Positions 43,476 to 55,723 of a stretch of DNA of 64,000 bases are shown one piece after another. The stretch lies in contig SMSO01000031.1 of assembly GCA_004764695.1 (NCBI GenBank), forward strand, positions 3,200,436 to 3,264,435, given 5' to 3'. The position numbers and the translations under genes are program-made. The first letter of the stretch is position 1, and each line of letters opens with the position of its first letter. Under the pieces are notes generated by a model. The model worked only from the letters and a program-made list of their open reading frames with translations, ran no database searches and had not been told where the DNA came from. Source of the DNA: Schizochytrium sp. TIO01 (Eukaryota; Protista; Bigyra: Labyrinthulomycetes).

Positions 43476-46242
43476 GTTGCCTTTTCTTAGACGACAAAGA
43501 GACCTCCCGCGTTAATCTAAACAGCAATAGAGTGTATGCGAGAATATATCGAGACTGCACGCGCTTCAGCAAGTGCGGAGACTCTTGCAGATCAATCAAT
43601 CAGCCCAGCGCCAATCGATCGAAAGAACCTGAGTGTATACTTTCCGAGCTCTTGCGTCGGCTGAGATAGGTTTTTGTTGCACCAGCGCGAGGTGCAGGGA
43701 GAGGAGCAGGTATTCTCAGGGAAGAAGGTCCAAGTTGTCCTTTGTGTGTGTGTTGTCTATTATTACTTTGCACGCGCAAGAAGGAACCGCTGATATCTCA
43801 ATCAGATCAGGAAGAGGGTAGCAAAAAAGCTAGGCGAAGAGTAACAACTGTGCAGGAGGGAGAGAGCCTAGACCGATAGCACTCCTCGCGAAGGGCTTCA
43901 AGATCTCGGACACCAAAAGCTCGTCAAGTCGAGGGTTTTGGCGCTTCCGTCGTTGTTCTTTTGCTGTCGGTGTTGCAAATGCTTTTCTTCTTCTTCTTCA
44001 CGTTTTCTCTTCCTTTCCTTTCCAGCAGGTTTTCTATTTTATTTGTTTTCTGCGGTGTGTTGGTACCTTTGGCTCTTAGCAATTTCAATAAGAGTTATAT
44101 ATTAAATGGAAGAAAGGTTATGATGACTTGAAAAGAAAGAAGAAAGAAAAGAGAAAGCAACAATTCAAGTTTAAATATGTTATTTTATAATATATTTAGG
44201 TTTAAAATGTATAACTTTTAAAAATGGCTCTCGCAATTCCCTTCCTCCTCCGAATCAGCTCAAAAGGGCAAAACCTAGAAAAACTCGATCTTGATGATAC
44301 TGGCAAGCTGATTGAAGCAATAGAAGGCATGATGAAGATGAGATGAAACCAGAGTAACATAGGCTTTGATGCGAGAGAGCTTTTTTTCGACCTGTATTCT
44401 GATTTTAAAATTATAAAATAGAAAAATGGTCCTGGTTTCAATGTATATTTAAAAACTGACTATTTTTACCGTGCACGGGACCAGATATTACCTAGTAGAC
44501 GCCAATTGTTTTCTGTCGCCGGGTGGACACCAGCTTACCTAAGATGGTTGCATAACCCTTGGTGATATAAAACCTGCCACAGGAGGTCATAGGATAGACT
44601 ACACCTGGTTTCTGCCTGGGGGCTCTGCTTCTCTAATCTTCAATCTCAAGAATTATTTTCTTATTTTACTGAAAATTATAGTGATGATTTATTTATGAAT
44701 TTTGCTTTCATCAATCCCCCTTATTTAATCATACGTAATGCCTTTATAAACTAAATCCATGTTTTCTTTTTTAAGTGTCGTGGAATAAACCACTTAGACT
44801 ACACCCTCCTCCTTCTTTGATGTCTGTCGGAAAGACTGCAAGCCACAAGAACGGGAAGAACCACCAATTCAACGGGTTCCACTCCCAGACTAACAGAGCA
44901 CATGCAGATTCGCTGTTTTTGCTCTTCTGCTTTCTGTTCTACTAATCTTCATGCTCTCTTCGAACAAAAGCTAGGAGTGTCTCCATCAAGAAATTAATTT
45001 GATTTTTGTTTTCAATTAATATATTTTTTGATTCATTGATTCAACTACAATACAGCTTTTAGTTATATTTATAGAATTAAAAGGAAATGCAGTAAATAGA
45101 TTAGTGTACGAAATAATGATGTTCCACCGCGGCCGAAAAATGAGAAAAGCTTACAGAACTGGACTCGGCCCAGCCAGCTTGAAGGCTGACTTAAAGTTTG
45201 GGCATCTCTCGGCGGTTGCCATCCATCCAGAATACCTAATGAACTAAGGAACTTGGTACAACCCAAGCTTGCTATCAGCTTGCTATCAGCAGAATGCTTA
45301 AGAAGTCCCATAGAAACTAGATGCAATTTTGCGAAATACTGTTGTTAGAGTTCTTATAAGGAGTTTACATAATATCAATTACTAAGCGAAGGGGGGGGGG
45401 GTGTGCACGCGTGGGAAAAGAGAAGACTCTGATTTAAAGGATTTGTGCTCAACAGAAATGATTCTACGCAAGCCTCTACTACTTCAGCCTACTGGACAGG
45501 CTTGGGGGCAAGCAGATGAGAGAAAAGGAAAGTTTCTGCTTCAAAACATATATGATTTGTTGCCAAGCAGAAGGTATTAATTTATCAAACCCTTTTCTTC
45601 AATGCTTGCACCATGGTGTAAAGATTCCGAGCAGTCAGCCTATCAGAGTCAAATTCAGACAATCTAAGAATCGTTGGCTTCTTTGATGTAAATGCCAAGG
45701 GAACTAGGTAGCTAGCTATGAAGTTCCCCATAAGTCTCAATAATTATATAATGAGTTCCCACTGGGTCGATGACTCTGTTCTAACTCTATTTAGTTTGTC
45801 AGCGTCATCACAACAACAATAGAAGAACTCTAGGCTATATGTTGGTAGTACTAGTGATTATTACTACTCAAGCTCTGCAGCTATTATAATGTGCTTCTTA
45901 GTATCCACTCAAATGATGGTCTCGGCAAGGTCACGATGATCGTGGTTTCTTTGCAGTGCGCACACCTTTCCTCGAATATTTCTGTGTTTTCTTTCCTTTT
46001 AAAGTTTAGCTTTGCTCAATATACTGTCATACTGTCCCTCGCATGTTGCCTGTGCTACTCTACCACTGCCTCACATACCCTGCCCTCACATACCCTGAAA
46101 CACCATCCCTACTACTCTACATCTTTGACTACTATACTACCTATGTGGGGCCGACTCCGCGCGTGCACAGGGGAAAAGAGTGCTAAAAAAGTTTACCTAT
46201 CGATATCTATAATGAATTCTCAGTGCCAGCACACCCTTTGAC

Positions 46243-46402
46243 GCACTCATTCATTCATTAACTCACTCACACACTCACACACTCACACACTCAATCACTT
46301 ATTCCCTCATTCCCTCACTCACTCACTCACTCACTCACTCACTCACTCACTCACTCACTCACTCACTCACTCACTCACTCACTCATTCAAACACACACAC
46401 TC
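46243..46402. repeat. (ACTC)n tetranucleotide microsatellite with ~17 perfect units at 46317-46384 and degenerate ATTC/ACAC flanks
   Basis: Directly visible. Confidence 0.95.
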
Positions 46403-49207
46403 AATCAGTTTAGGTTTTTAGTAGATGCCTATTTGCTTGAAGTCTCCTCCTGCGTTTGAAGACAGCCTCAAAATTGGCAGAACAGCGGAGAGACAAACTT
46501 ACCGAGTGCCTGTCTCTTCTTCGCTTGAAATCTCGATGCTTTATTGATGTGTACAATGACCCAAAGCTTGCTTTCTTTGTTCTTTACAGGCCTCAACTAA
46601 TTTTTTAACTTTGAAAATATTTTTAAAAATAACAATTATAATATTTTTTAACTTTAATTTAATTCTAATTAAAGTTAGAAAGAATAAAAAAGTGTTTCCC
46701 AAGTTATCATAGCATGAAGAAATAGTCTTCTCGTCCTCTCGTCTTCTTGTCTTTGTCTTTTTTTTTCAATTCAATTCAATTAAAGAGTCATCATTGTGGT
46801 GATGATACAAGCTTTAGCAACTTGAGATTCGCCCACTGCAGCCACACCTAGGGTTGTCTGGCTAAAAATTAGCCTAGAGGCAGTCGTTTTGTCGTCTTTC
46901 AAGCTCTTCTATGCAATTGCTTATTATGATACGAATCCTGTTACCGCGCCCTTTCATCTTCCTTTCGAAATTCAAGTTATTGCAATAAGTAAAGCAACTA
47001 TCAAAATCATGCTGGAAGGAGAGATGATGCCGTGATATTCATTAAAATTTTAATAAAAAAACAGTGCTGAAGAAAGGCATTGATGATGTTCAAGTTTGGC
47101 AGCTTTGGACCAGCCTAGGATGTTCAATAAACACCGTTCGCTAATGAATGGAAAGCGCCAAGACGACGTGTACCAACATTGCTTCAACTCAAATCATATC
47201 ATCTAGTTTTCATCATCTGCGGTCTTGGTGCAATGAATAAGTAGGCCTAGTATCATTGTGCGTTTTTTTTATGTATAGGTACAACATTACACTGAGTTAT
47301 ATGGACCGTCCAATGTTGGTAGCACATCACCAAAAAAACTTTTCCCTCATAAATTAAAATCAGAGTCGTTGCACCCAGCAAAGCATGTTAGTCAGCTAGT
47401 CTGTTCCTCCGCTTTTCCAATTTAAGAAGAGAGACCATTGGCCAGGTTCCACACTATTTCTATGGCTGTGAAGTCTCAAAGCCAGGTAGCCCAAAGCGCT
47501 AGCTGGCTCGCGCATATTCTTCAGCGTGAACCTCCGCAATCATGTCGGTGCATAGGCGACACGCCAACGAGGTGGCTGCGACTCTCGACAGAAATGACCT
47601 AGGCTAATAAATTGCCGTCCCAAGGTTTGTTAGAAGCAAGAGATTCGTATTTTGGTATCAGATTATTTTGAATCAACAATCGTGAACTAAAGCTGGTAAG
47701 CTTGAGTTAGGATGTCAGTGGCATGTTTAGAAATTTCCGGTTTTGTAAGTTTCTTTTTCGATAAGTGGAATGAATACATTTTGCTACAAACACGCAAATG
47801 GTTCAGAAATCAAAACATCTATGATGGTGGTTGATATGACACATTTGAGACCAAATCAAAATAGCAAAGTGCGGTGTTATCTATGGTAGTTAGCTACTCA
47901 ATTTATTGGACTTTGAGTAGAGTATCGGACTCCAAAGTTTGTCGAGAAGAAAATCAAAGAAAACACACTTGTTCCAGGATTTCAATGTAGAGCAATATGA
48001 AATTCTAAACGACATTTGACTATGCGAGAGACTATACCTCGGCGACTTTCTAAATGGTTTGTAACTACCTTGGAATAGCTGCCTAGAACTATCCAAAGAC
48101 CGAATGCCATGGAAAAGGATTGAAGCTTGACAAGTGAAATCAGATCATTTCTGATTTATTTATTTTCGCAGAAGATAGATAGATAGTGAGAATGCGCACA
48201 GTCACTAGCTTAATTGCCTTAAGTTCGCTTAACTACTCGTAAATTAGATTGACATATTGCAGATCCATGCGTTGATTTTAGTATCGTCCGAGATCAAACC
48301 AACGTTGGTTTGTATTATGCTCCGATAGAATAAGGGTAATCAACGTGGAAATCTCATCAAAACTGTTCAAGCAAGATGTACCAGATTTATAACATTTTTA
48401 TTCATCAAAATCTCCTTGTTTCTGCGAAGGCAAGCGCTTGACCGACTAAAACGAAGCTGGTACTTGTGTCGAATTTGAAAAGGTGTCATTGAGAATTAGG
48501 AAATGTTAAGCCCGGTAACAGTCAAAGAATCATAGATGCATTGCGCTGCACTATTGCAATGTCAGGGACGTTAAGATCAGTAGTTGGATGAATCGAATCT
48601 AGCTCAACGTGTTGGTTTGAACCTTCGCAGGAACAACGGAGCAAGACATAAAAACATAGAAGATTAGAACAGTTGCTATCACAAACTCTAGCTAGAAAAT
48701 ATAATTTTCCTCTTACGAAGATAAGGTACAGCATATTTCGCTGCCACTGGAATATAGAGATACCGGCCTAGGCATCTTCCAAAACACAATCACTGTAGCA
48801 TTTGACAAAAACAACATTTTGCAATTTCAGTGGTGTCACTTTTATTGTTGTATTTATTGTGTATATATATAATTAGGTTACCTCGTCTTATGTTAAGCGA
48901 TGAGCAGCAGGCAATTTCACATTTGATCCTTAAAAAAGCATTCGAACATTGAGCAAATGAAGTGGTATCAAGTAAAATAAGAACCATATTTATAACTTCG
49001 CAGAATAATTATCTCAATTTGGGGGACTTGGAAACAAGAAATTAATAAAAAGATAGAACCTTTTAGTTTGCTGCTCACAGAAAGATGCAATTCTCAAGTT
49101 CACAGCAAACCACCCTTTTTTTTCTTCGCTTTAAGACTTTAAGAAGTTAAATTTAATTTAATTTAAAATTAAAATACAGACCCGCGAAGGGAAAAAGAAA
49201 AAGAAAA

Positions 49208-49264
49208 GAAGAAGAAGAAGAAGAAGAAGAAGAAGAAGAAGAAGAAGAAGAAGAAGAAGAAGAA
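49208..49264. repeat. (GAA)19 trinucleotide microsatellite
   Basis: Perfect run within a purine tract that begins at ~49186. Confidence 0.95.
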
Positions 49265-52000
49265 AAACATGAGTTGGCAGCAGGGCATAATTTGGGCGTA
49301 CGCACATTTTTATATTCACTTCTGCATAATTTTGCCACGACTTGAAAACTTGAAGGTGTATTATGTGCTAAAATCAGCTGACTTCCTACACATCTTTCTA
49401 TAAAGCAACGTGACATAAGAGTAACTTGAGAGCTCAAATTGAAGAGTAGGATCCTATACCATACATTTTCTCGCGTGCGCACTCTCTCGCTCACTCAGTT
49501 TCGTTCAAATTAATAATAAATTCTGTCCTTATTCATAAAGAAATACGCACACATACGCACGCGGGTAACTTGAGGTTTCATTATGTGAAGCAATTTCAAG
49601 TCGGACGTACAGAAAAGCACACACCCTCATTTGTTGCGTTCTATCTTCACATATGTGCAGCTAGAGAATGTTACACGCTAACATCAATGCCATCATAGCA
49701 AACGGAGCCACCTACTACGTAGAATATGTTTCCCTGTAAAGATCTTGAATGAATGACGACTACTTGAGATTATTTTAAAGATGATCATTTCGAAGAACAT
49801 GCACTCAAGTGAGATGGGCTTGACGTTGGTAGTCATGAGGATCGTGACGGTCTCACAGTAGAGAATGAGAGCAATTCCAGTAAATTTCGGATAGGATGCT
49901 AGGTAACTAACTCTCTGTTCCATTTTTTTTGTTCGCCACGGTCCTAATAAAGTCCAGAAATGCACAAACATCCGGTCCCATGAGTGTTTAGAAGAAGGTA
50001 TACGCGGGTCCATCTTCATTCACTATCTTTATTTTATTCCCTCTTTTTAATTGAAAATCGGGAAATTGCCAACCATGGTTCAAATAACCTTTGACATTGT
50101 CCTCACTCAACTGACTGAGCAATTGGTGAAGCGGGGTAGCAGCATCTACTTATTTTTGGATTTACCACACGATTTTAACTTTGCGGGATGGCAAATCCAC
50201 CTACAAAAGATACCACAAAAGGGAGGCTAATAGAGATCTTTCGCAAGCTCTTTGGGAGCTATGATGAGTTTCGTAAAATTGTGACATCATGTAAAGCTAC
50301 CAAGCTGAGCATATAACTAGGCTATGTGTTAATCTCTGTTTTTATTCTACATCCTTTCATATAGCAATGTTTAGGGTCGATGGGCTGCATGCAGAAGCGT
50401 GCGCACTAATAATGTTACGACATAGAACTCATAGCATTCAAGTTAAGAGGTACCGCCGCGTGCTTCAGTGCACACGTTTCTTAAGATCATAAACTCCATA
50501 CATTAGTATTAGGTACCCCTTCTCTTGTTGCTACTATTGGAAACTTGAGTTTGCACGGATCGGAACTGACGCGGAGCAAAGGGGGCTTAAGTCTTGCACA
50601 CCTCTTTCACACCTTCCTCTCTATACTGTCAGGGTTCCTTTTTTATTGATTTTTTAAATTCTAGCTGCAGCTCCAACAGTTAGTTATAATCTACAGCTAA
50701 CATGAAGGGTTGACTTAGCAGAACAGCCAAAGGGGGTATGACGTGTCTCTAGATATATAAATGGTCCAACGTGCGCCATCAATCTCAGCGACTTCAATAC
50801 TACGAAACAAATAAACATCACAATAAATAATAGGAAGCATGAACACTAACGTCCAGGTTATTCAATGTTGGGTTCCCTTGTTAGTAACAATCAAGGTATC
50901 TCAACGTCAGGCCTAAAGTTAACTCAGGCTGTCACGCCACTGAAAAAGTTGTGTAGGAAATTTTATGATTGTGCTGTTGGCACGCACTTATGCTTTAAAT
51001 TGAAAGTTCACCAAACTAAACATGTGATCATCACACCCTGCTTCTTTGGACCTATTGACTTTCATAATTGTTTCTCTAGCAATAGTACTGCAATTGTTTA
51101 GGAGCCCTAGATGTAGCGATTTATATTCAAAAATTCAAAGGTAGCCCTCTAGTGAGTCGCGATGCTGATAAATATTTGACTTTGCCCAAATCTATAGCTC
51201 TGGCTTGATCAATTTCTTACTTTCAAGAAAAGAATAGGAAAAACGCGCTTCATCTACAATATTCTACCATCATACATTTGGCTTTATTTTTCTTTATTTA
51301 TATATTGTGCAATCCTCTCCCTCGTGTAAAGTTTGATCTGCAGCTTCAAGTGAACTCTAAAGTTTGCATTGATCCGATGTAGAGACCACATCGACTCCAA
51401 TTTGCATATCTAGTGGAGATATGCAACAAAGGAGTATTCAGAAATCTAAACATCTTAAGATTTAAATTTAGTCAGTTAAACCATAGTGCTAGGCACTGTT
51501 AGGTTCCTGGTTTTGCACCAAAACTTGAATCATGGCGGAATGTTGTGGAGACAGTTTTCAAACTCAAAGCTATTTGTTTGTACTATATTTAAATGCTCTT
51601 GCTGTTATTGAGCGTTCCTAATGTTTTATTTCAACCTGTACACCCACACGTGTCAGTACTACTTTAAACAGTATATATGAATAGAAATCCCAACAGCCAG
51701 CTGTAAGTTAAGGCAGTGCCATGCTGCATAATTAAAAGTGAATTATGATTTGATAGCAAGTGCATGTAGCATCAGCTCTTACTCTAATATAACAATTACT
51801 TGCTCTGTATGCAAGACGAAGCTCAGGTTAGTTTCAAGAACTTAGGCCAAATCTCTCACTTCTTGAAAGAACTGCCACTTGATAGTTCTGCATCATTGAC
51901 CAGAAGTAGGAGGTGGACACAACAATTCGGTCGAGAGAAAGGAAATTATTCAGTAACTACAATATGCCCTTTCACGGCATTCAAAAAACGTCCATCTCAA

Positions 52001-55000
52001 TTAAGAGGCTTTTTCGAGCATACGTTCAACTACTCGTGTTAAAGATATGCGTAAAATATCTTGAAAGTCTTCGTCTTTCAATATTTCGGCCACAAGCTCC
52101 GTGGGATCCAGCTCAAGGAGCTGATTGAGCAGCTGATCCTCTTTGTAGCCTGTTTCTTTTGAGGATTTGGAATTCAAACTCTCTAAGCTTTTTGCCTCGA
52201 CATCGCTATTACCTTTCGATTGTGTCTGAGACGAGGCAGAGGCAGAGGAGGCAGAGGAACTACCACTAGCGTCTGATGTCTGCGTAGGTAAATTTGTTTC
52301 TTTTTTCTGGTTGGATTGACTAATAGAACTAGCACCGTTCATCCTTGTTTCAATATTTGTATGTTTGGCCTCAAGTGAACTACTCATCTCCTCCTGTTCG
52401 TCAGCCGGAGCCTCCATCACTGGACATTCTTCGTCATGTTTCAAAAAGATTTTGTTCAAGAACCGATTCGAAACTCCCCGACGAAAAGTAATGATCAGTT
52501 CAGTACGCCCAGAACCATACGAGCGTAACTGATCTAATAGCCCTGCCTCATGCCTAATTTGAATACCATCAACCTTTACCAGTATATCTCCTCTTTTGAG
52601 CCCAATGTCAGCTGCATCAGGCTCCAGAGATTCAATTGCTAAGTAATCCACAGCAGCCCAAGAAAATGCATCCTCAACACGCATTGCCTGTGTATCAACT
52701 TTAATATCGAAATCAAGAACACGATCCAGCTCTGTTTGAACTTCGATGCTTCGACTGAATTCAATCATTATAGGGTCCATAGAAGATTGCAATGCCTCCT
52801 TGAGAGATGCTGCATCCAAAACTGTTTTATCATTGATTTTTTCAATGAAATCACCCAGCTCTACACCAGCTTCAAGCCAAATATCGTTGAGAATTTCCTT
52901 GACGAAAAATCCATCTTTACTCTTCCCTTTCCCCATTCTCAGTCCCAGCGGGTCATTTTGACACTTGTTAAAGATTGATATTATAAATGAACTCGGAAAA
53001 TGCTCGACAAGCTCCATACTATCATCCTTCTCCACCTCTCCCGCTAATTCCTCATTCTCACCTACATCTTGATCTGCATTATCGTCGTCGGCATCGGCAT
53101 CCTCCTCCTCGTCCTCATCATCGACATCCGTATCATCGTCCTCGTCTTCATTTCCGTAAAGATCATTCTTTTTTGCTTCAATATCATCATCCACGCGAAT
53201 TTCTTGTTCTTCAAATCCATTGCCATGTTTAACTTGCGAATTTGAAGTCTCCCAATCTGCGAGTTCTCCTCCAGGAGAACTTAGCTTTTCTGTGATCATG
53301 CCAATCTCTTCCTCGCTACTAGGTCGCACAGAAAGATCCACCGTGAGATTGTGGTTTTCTCTTGCCTCAGAGGCTGGCAGAACTGGTGTTACATAAGAAT
53401 TCACATTGGAATCAACTTCTGCACTATTTTCAGTTTGTGTAGTCTCACTAATTTGTGAGTCAGAAACAGCCTCATCTTGAGTGATCTGCTGATTTTGAGA
53501 AGTGTTACTTCTCTCTATCGATTTCTCATATTCTTTATCTACGTCATTTTGAGTTAAGTTCTTGGTGTAAGATGCATCAACATCCAACAGTGAACTTCTT
53601 TGCTCAAAGTCTTCTGATATGAAAGAAGCCTTTTCCTGAAGATCTCCTTCCTTGGCATTACCAGACGTATCCAAATCCCCGTTGCTTCCCAAAATTTTCT
53701 CTACTCCATCGGCACCAATGCCATGAGAGAGTTGATAGCTGCTATCATTAGGTTCGTTTCCAATGCTAAGTTTATCCCCATTATCCTCAGCCTCAAGCGA
53801 TATGCTTGATATTGCCTCGGTATTGTTAACGTCGACTTTGCGTTCAGTATCATTCTCTAAAAAATCAGGTGATTCGTTTGGAAACTGGTCTGTAGATTCA
53901 TTAACATGATCATTGAGCCCAGCCGCAGCATCCGCATCATTTTGGGGGGACTCAACTTCCAAGTTATATAGCGGCACTCCTTTGTCCATAGATGTATCCA
54001 TGGAAGAGGTGTCGGAATGGGACGGAGAACTCCCTGGTGTAACAATAGAAGATTTTTTCAGGTGATCCGCAGCAGAGAGCGACTCGCTTTCAAGTCTCTC
54101 AACCGATTTGAACTGCTCTCCATTTGCTTTAATTTCATTGTCCGCAAGGGAGCTTTCTGTTGGTGCGCCCTCCAGACTATCTTCAATAGGCAATAGCGAG
54201 GACCTAGTGTCATTACTATCTCTAGCATTTGCATCAATACTGTCTATCCCATCAACTGGATTGTCATGTGATGAAGGAATGGATTCTGTAGTTTTTTCAT
54301 GAATTGAATTTTCATATTCAGGCTCAATCCCTTTGAGCGTATTCTTTTGAAGTACGTCTCCCTTAATGTTCTGTGCACTCTCCTCGGCTTCAGGCTCCTC
54401 GTGATGTCTAAACTTGGCACGAATACTCGCCTTGACATCTGAGGTGTGCTCTGGGCAGGTTTTCGCTACCTTCAAGTTGATGCTCTGACCAAACTGATGT
54501 GGGTTGCCTCGAAGAACAAGTACATTCATCACATCTCCATGTTCTACTTTTTCCAGGACTGTGTCAAACGAAAGCAACGCTTCACTCCCTTTCTGCTCCT
54601 CCAACTGTAGTATAAAATCTCCTTGTTGTAATCCCGATTCTTGAGAGAAAACAGAGGGGTCTATCACCCGGAGACACCCCTGCCAGCTTTCAAATATGCT
54701 TTTCTGCTGTAAATCACTTAGACGTAGACTCACCTGTGTCGTAAACATAAACTCTTGAGGAGGGTGTGAGCCTCGGGTTGGATTTCTTGTAAAAATGACT
54801 CTTACATGTTGAGGACTCATGGCAAGAGCAGTTTGCAAAGTCTGTGCAGAATCAATCTCAACCCCATTAACAGACGCAATGATGTCCTCCACAGTAATAC
54901 TTGTCGCAGCCCAAGCGGCCATTTTAATTGCTTTCACCATAAGACGTCCTTCTTGTTGGTTCTTTCCCACTTTTAAGCCCAAAGAATCATCTGCACATTT

Positions 55001-55723
55001 GTCAATAGTCACCATATACTCATAACTTATTCTGGATTTGTGATACCTCTGGAAGGAAGTTAGAATACCTTTCAAAGGGAAGTCTCCCGATTGTATTAAC
55101 ACCGGGCGATGCACCTTGAGAGGCACGCTTTCTTTTTGTGGTGACCCCATATCCTGCTCCTTGTATTCATAATCAGAGTTTGCTGGTAGCTCGCCAGCAG
55201 GATCAAGCTCTTCAACATCTCCACTGGCTTGCTCAAATGGAAGATCAGCTTTCAGGTCTGGCTCAAGCTCAAGTTCATTGATCTCTTCCCTCTGAAGATC
55301 GTGGTCGTCCTGCATGGAAGGCGTCGGGCATTCAATGTAAAACTCAAACGTAGCTCTACCATTATTCTCGGCGCGTTCGTGCCGCAAAATCGAGGTAATT
55401 TCGTCCATACGCATCCCATATACAGACTTCCCGCCAATAGTAGCAACTTCGTAGTTAACACGGATGCCCAACTTAGATGCAGCTTTGCGAGGTTTCACGT
55501 GCTGCACAATGACACGACTATCTGGGAGAGACTTGAGTCTCATTCCGAGTCCAAATCTAAGTGGCTCGTTAAACACGACCCTTTCAGTGCACCTTGTCTC
55601 CTGTGCTTCTGTGGCCAGTCCCAGCTTCGACGCCATCAAGGCCAGCGCCATGACAATTGCAGCCAGTCGCGCCCAGAGCAACCTGCCGCCGTCGACGCGG
55701 CGTCTAAATGCTGCACGTCGCAT
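52001..55723 (-). CDS. Multi-PDZ protein (about five PDZ/PDZ-like domains) with an N-terminal signal peptide or anchor and long acidic disordered linkers, 1240 aa
   Basis: Basic n-region plus hydrophobic LLWARLAAIVMALALMASKLGLATEA. PDZ motifs: FGLGMRL...YEVATIGGKSV; SLGLKVGK...EDIIASVNG; GLQQGDFILQLE; PLGLRMGK...GVELGDFIEKIND; GLKRGDILVKVDG. Confidence 0.85.
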   Translation of the reverse strand: MRRAAFRRRVDGGRLLWARLAAIVMALALMASKLGLATEAQETRCTERVVFNEPLRFGLGMRLKSLPDSRVIVQHVKPRKAASKLGIRVNYEVATIGGKSVYGMRMDEITSILRHERAENNGRATFEFYIECPTPSMQDDHDLQREEINELELEPDLKADLPFEQASGDVEELDPAGELPANSDYEYKEQDMGSPQKESVPLKVHRPVLIQSGDFPLKGILTSFQRYHKSRISYEYMVTIDKCADDSLGLKVGKNQQEGRLMVKAIKMAAWAATSITVEDIIASVNGVEIDSAQTLQTALAMSPQHVRVIFTRNPTRGSHPPQEFMFTTQVSLRLSDLQQKSIFESWQGCLRVIDPSVFSQESGLQQGDFILQLEEQKGSEALLSFDTVLEKVEHGDVMNVLVLRGNPHQFGQSINLKVAKTCPEHTSDVKASIRAKFRHHEEPEAEESAQNIKGDVLQKNTLKGIEPEYENSIHEKTTESIPSSHDNPVDGIDSIDANARDSNDTRSSLLPIEDSLEGAPTESSLADNEIKANGEQFKSVERLESESLSAADHLKKSSIVTPGSSPSHSDTSSMDTSMDKGVPLYNLEVESPQNDADAAAGLNDHVNESTDQFPNESPDFLENDTERKVDVNNTEAISSISLEAEDNGDKLSIGNEPNDSSYQLSHGIGADGVEKILGSNGDLDTSGNAKEGDLQEKASFISEDFEQRSSLLDVDASYTKNLTQNDVDKEYEKSIERSNTSQNQQITQDEAVSDSQISETTQTENSAEVDSNVNSYVTPVLPASEARENHNLTVDLSVRPSSEEEIGMITEKLSSPGGELADWETSNSQVKHGNGFEEQEIRVDDDIEAKKNDLYGNEDEDDDTDVDDEDEEEDADADDDNADQDVGENEELAGEVEKDDSMELVEHFPSSFIISIFNKCQNDPLGLRMGKGKSKDGFFVKEILNDIWLEAGVELGDFIEKINDKTVLDAASLKEALQSSMDPIMIEFSRSIEVQTELDRVLDFDIKVDTQAMRVEDAFSWAAVDYLAIESLEPDAADIGLKRGDILVKVDGIQIRHEAGLLDQLRSYGSGRTELIITFRRGVSNRFLNKIFLKHDEECPVMEAPADEQEEMSSSLEAKHTNIETRMNGASSISQSNQKKETNLPTQTSDASGSSSASSASASSQTQSKGNSDVEAKSLESLNSKSSKETGYKEDQLLNQLLELDPTELVAEILKDEDFQDILRISLTRVVERMLEKAS

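Noticed and set aside
46243-46402. Possible telomeric or CRISPR-like array
   Set aside because: Simple ACTC microsatellite with no spacers; not a known telomere unit.
49153-49494. 113-aa ORF with poly-Ser
   Set aside because: Product of the (GAA)19 microsatellite in AT-rich DNA, with a non-ATG start.
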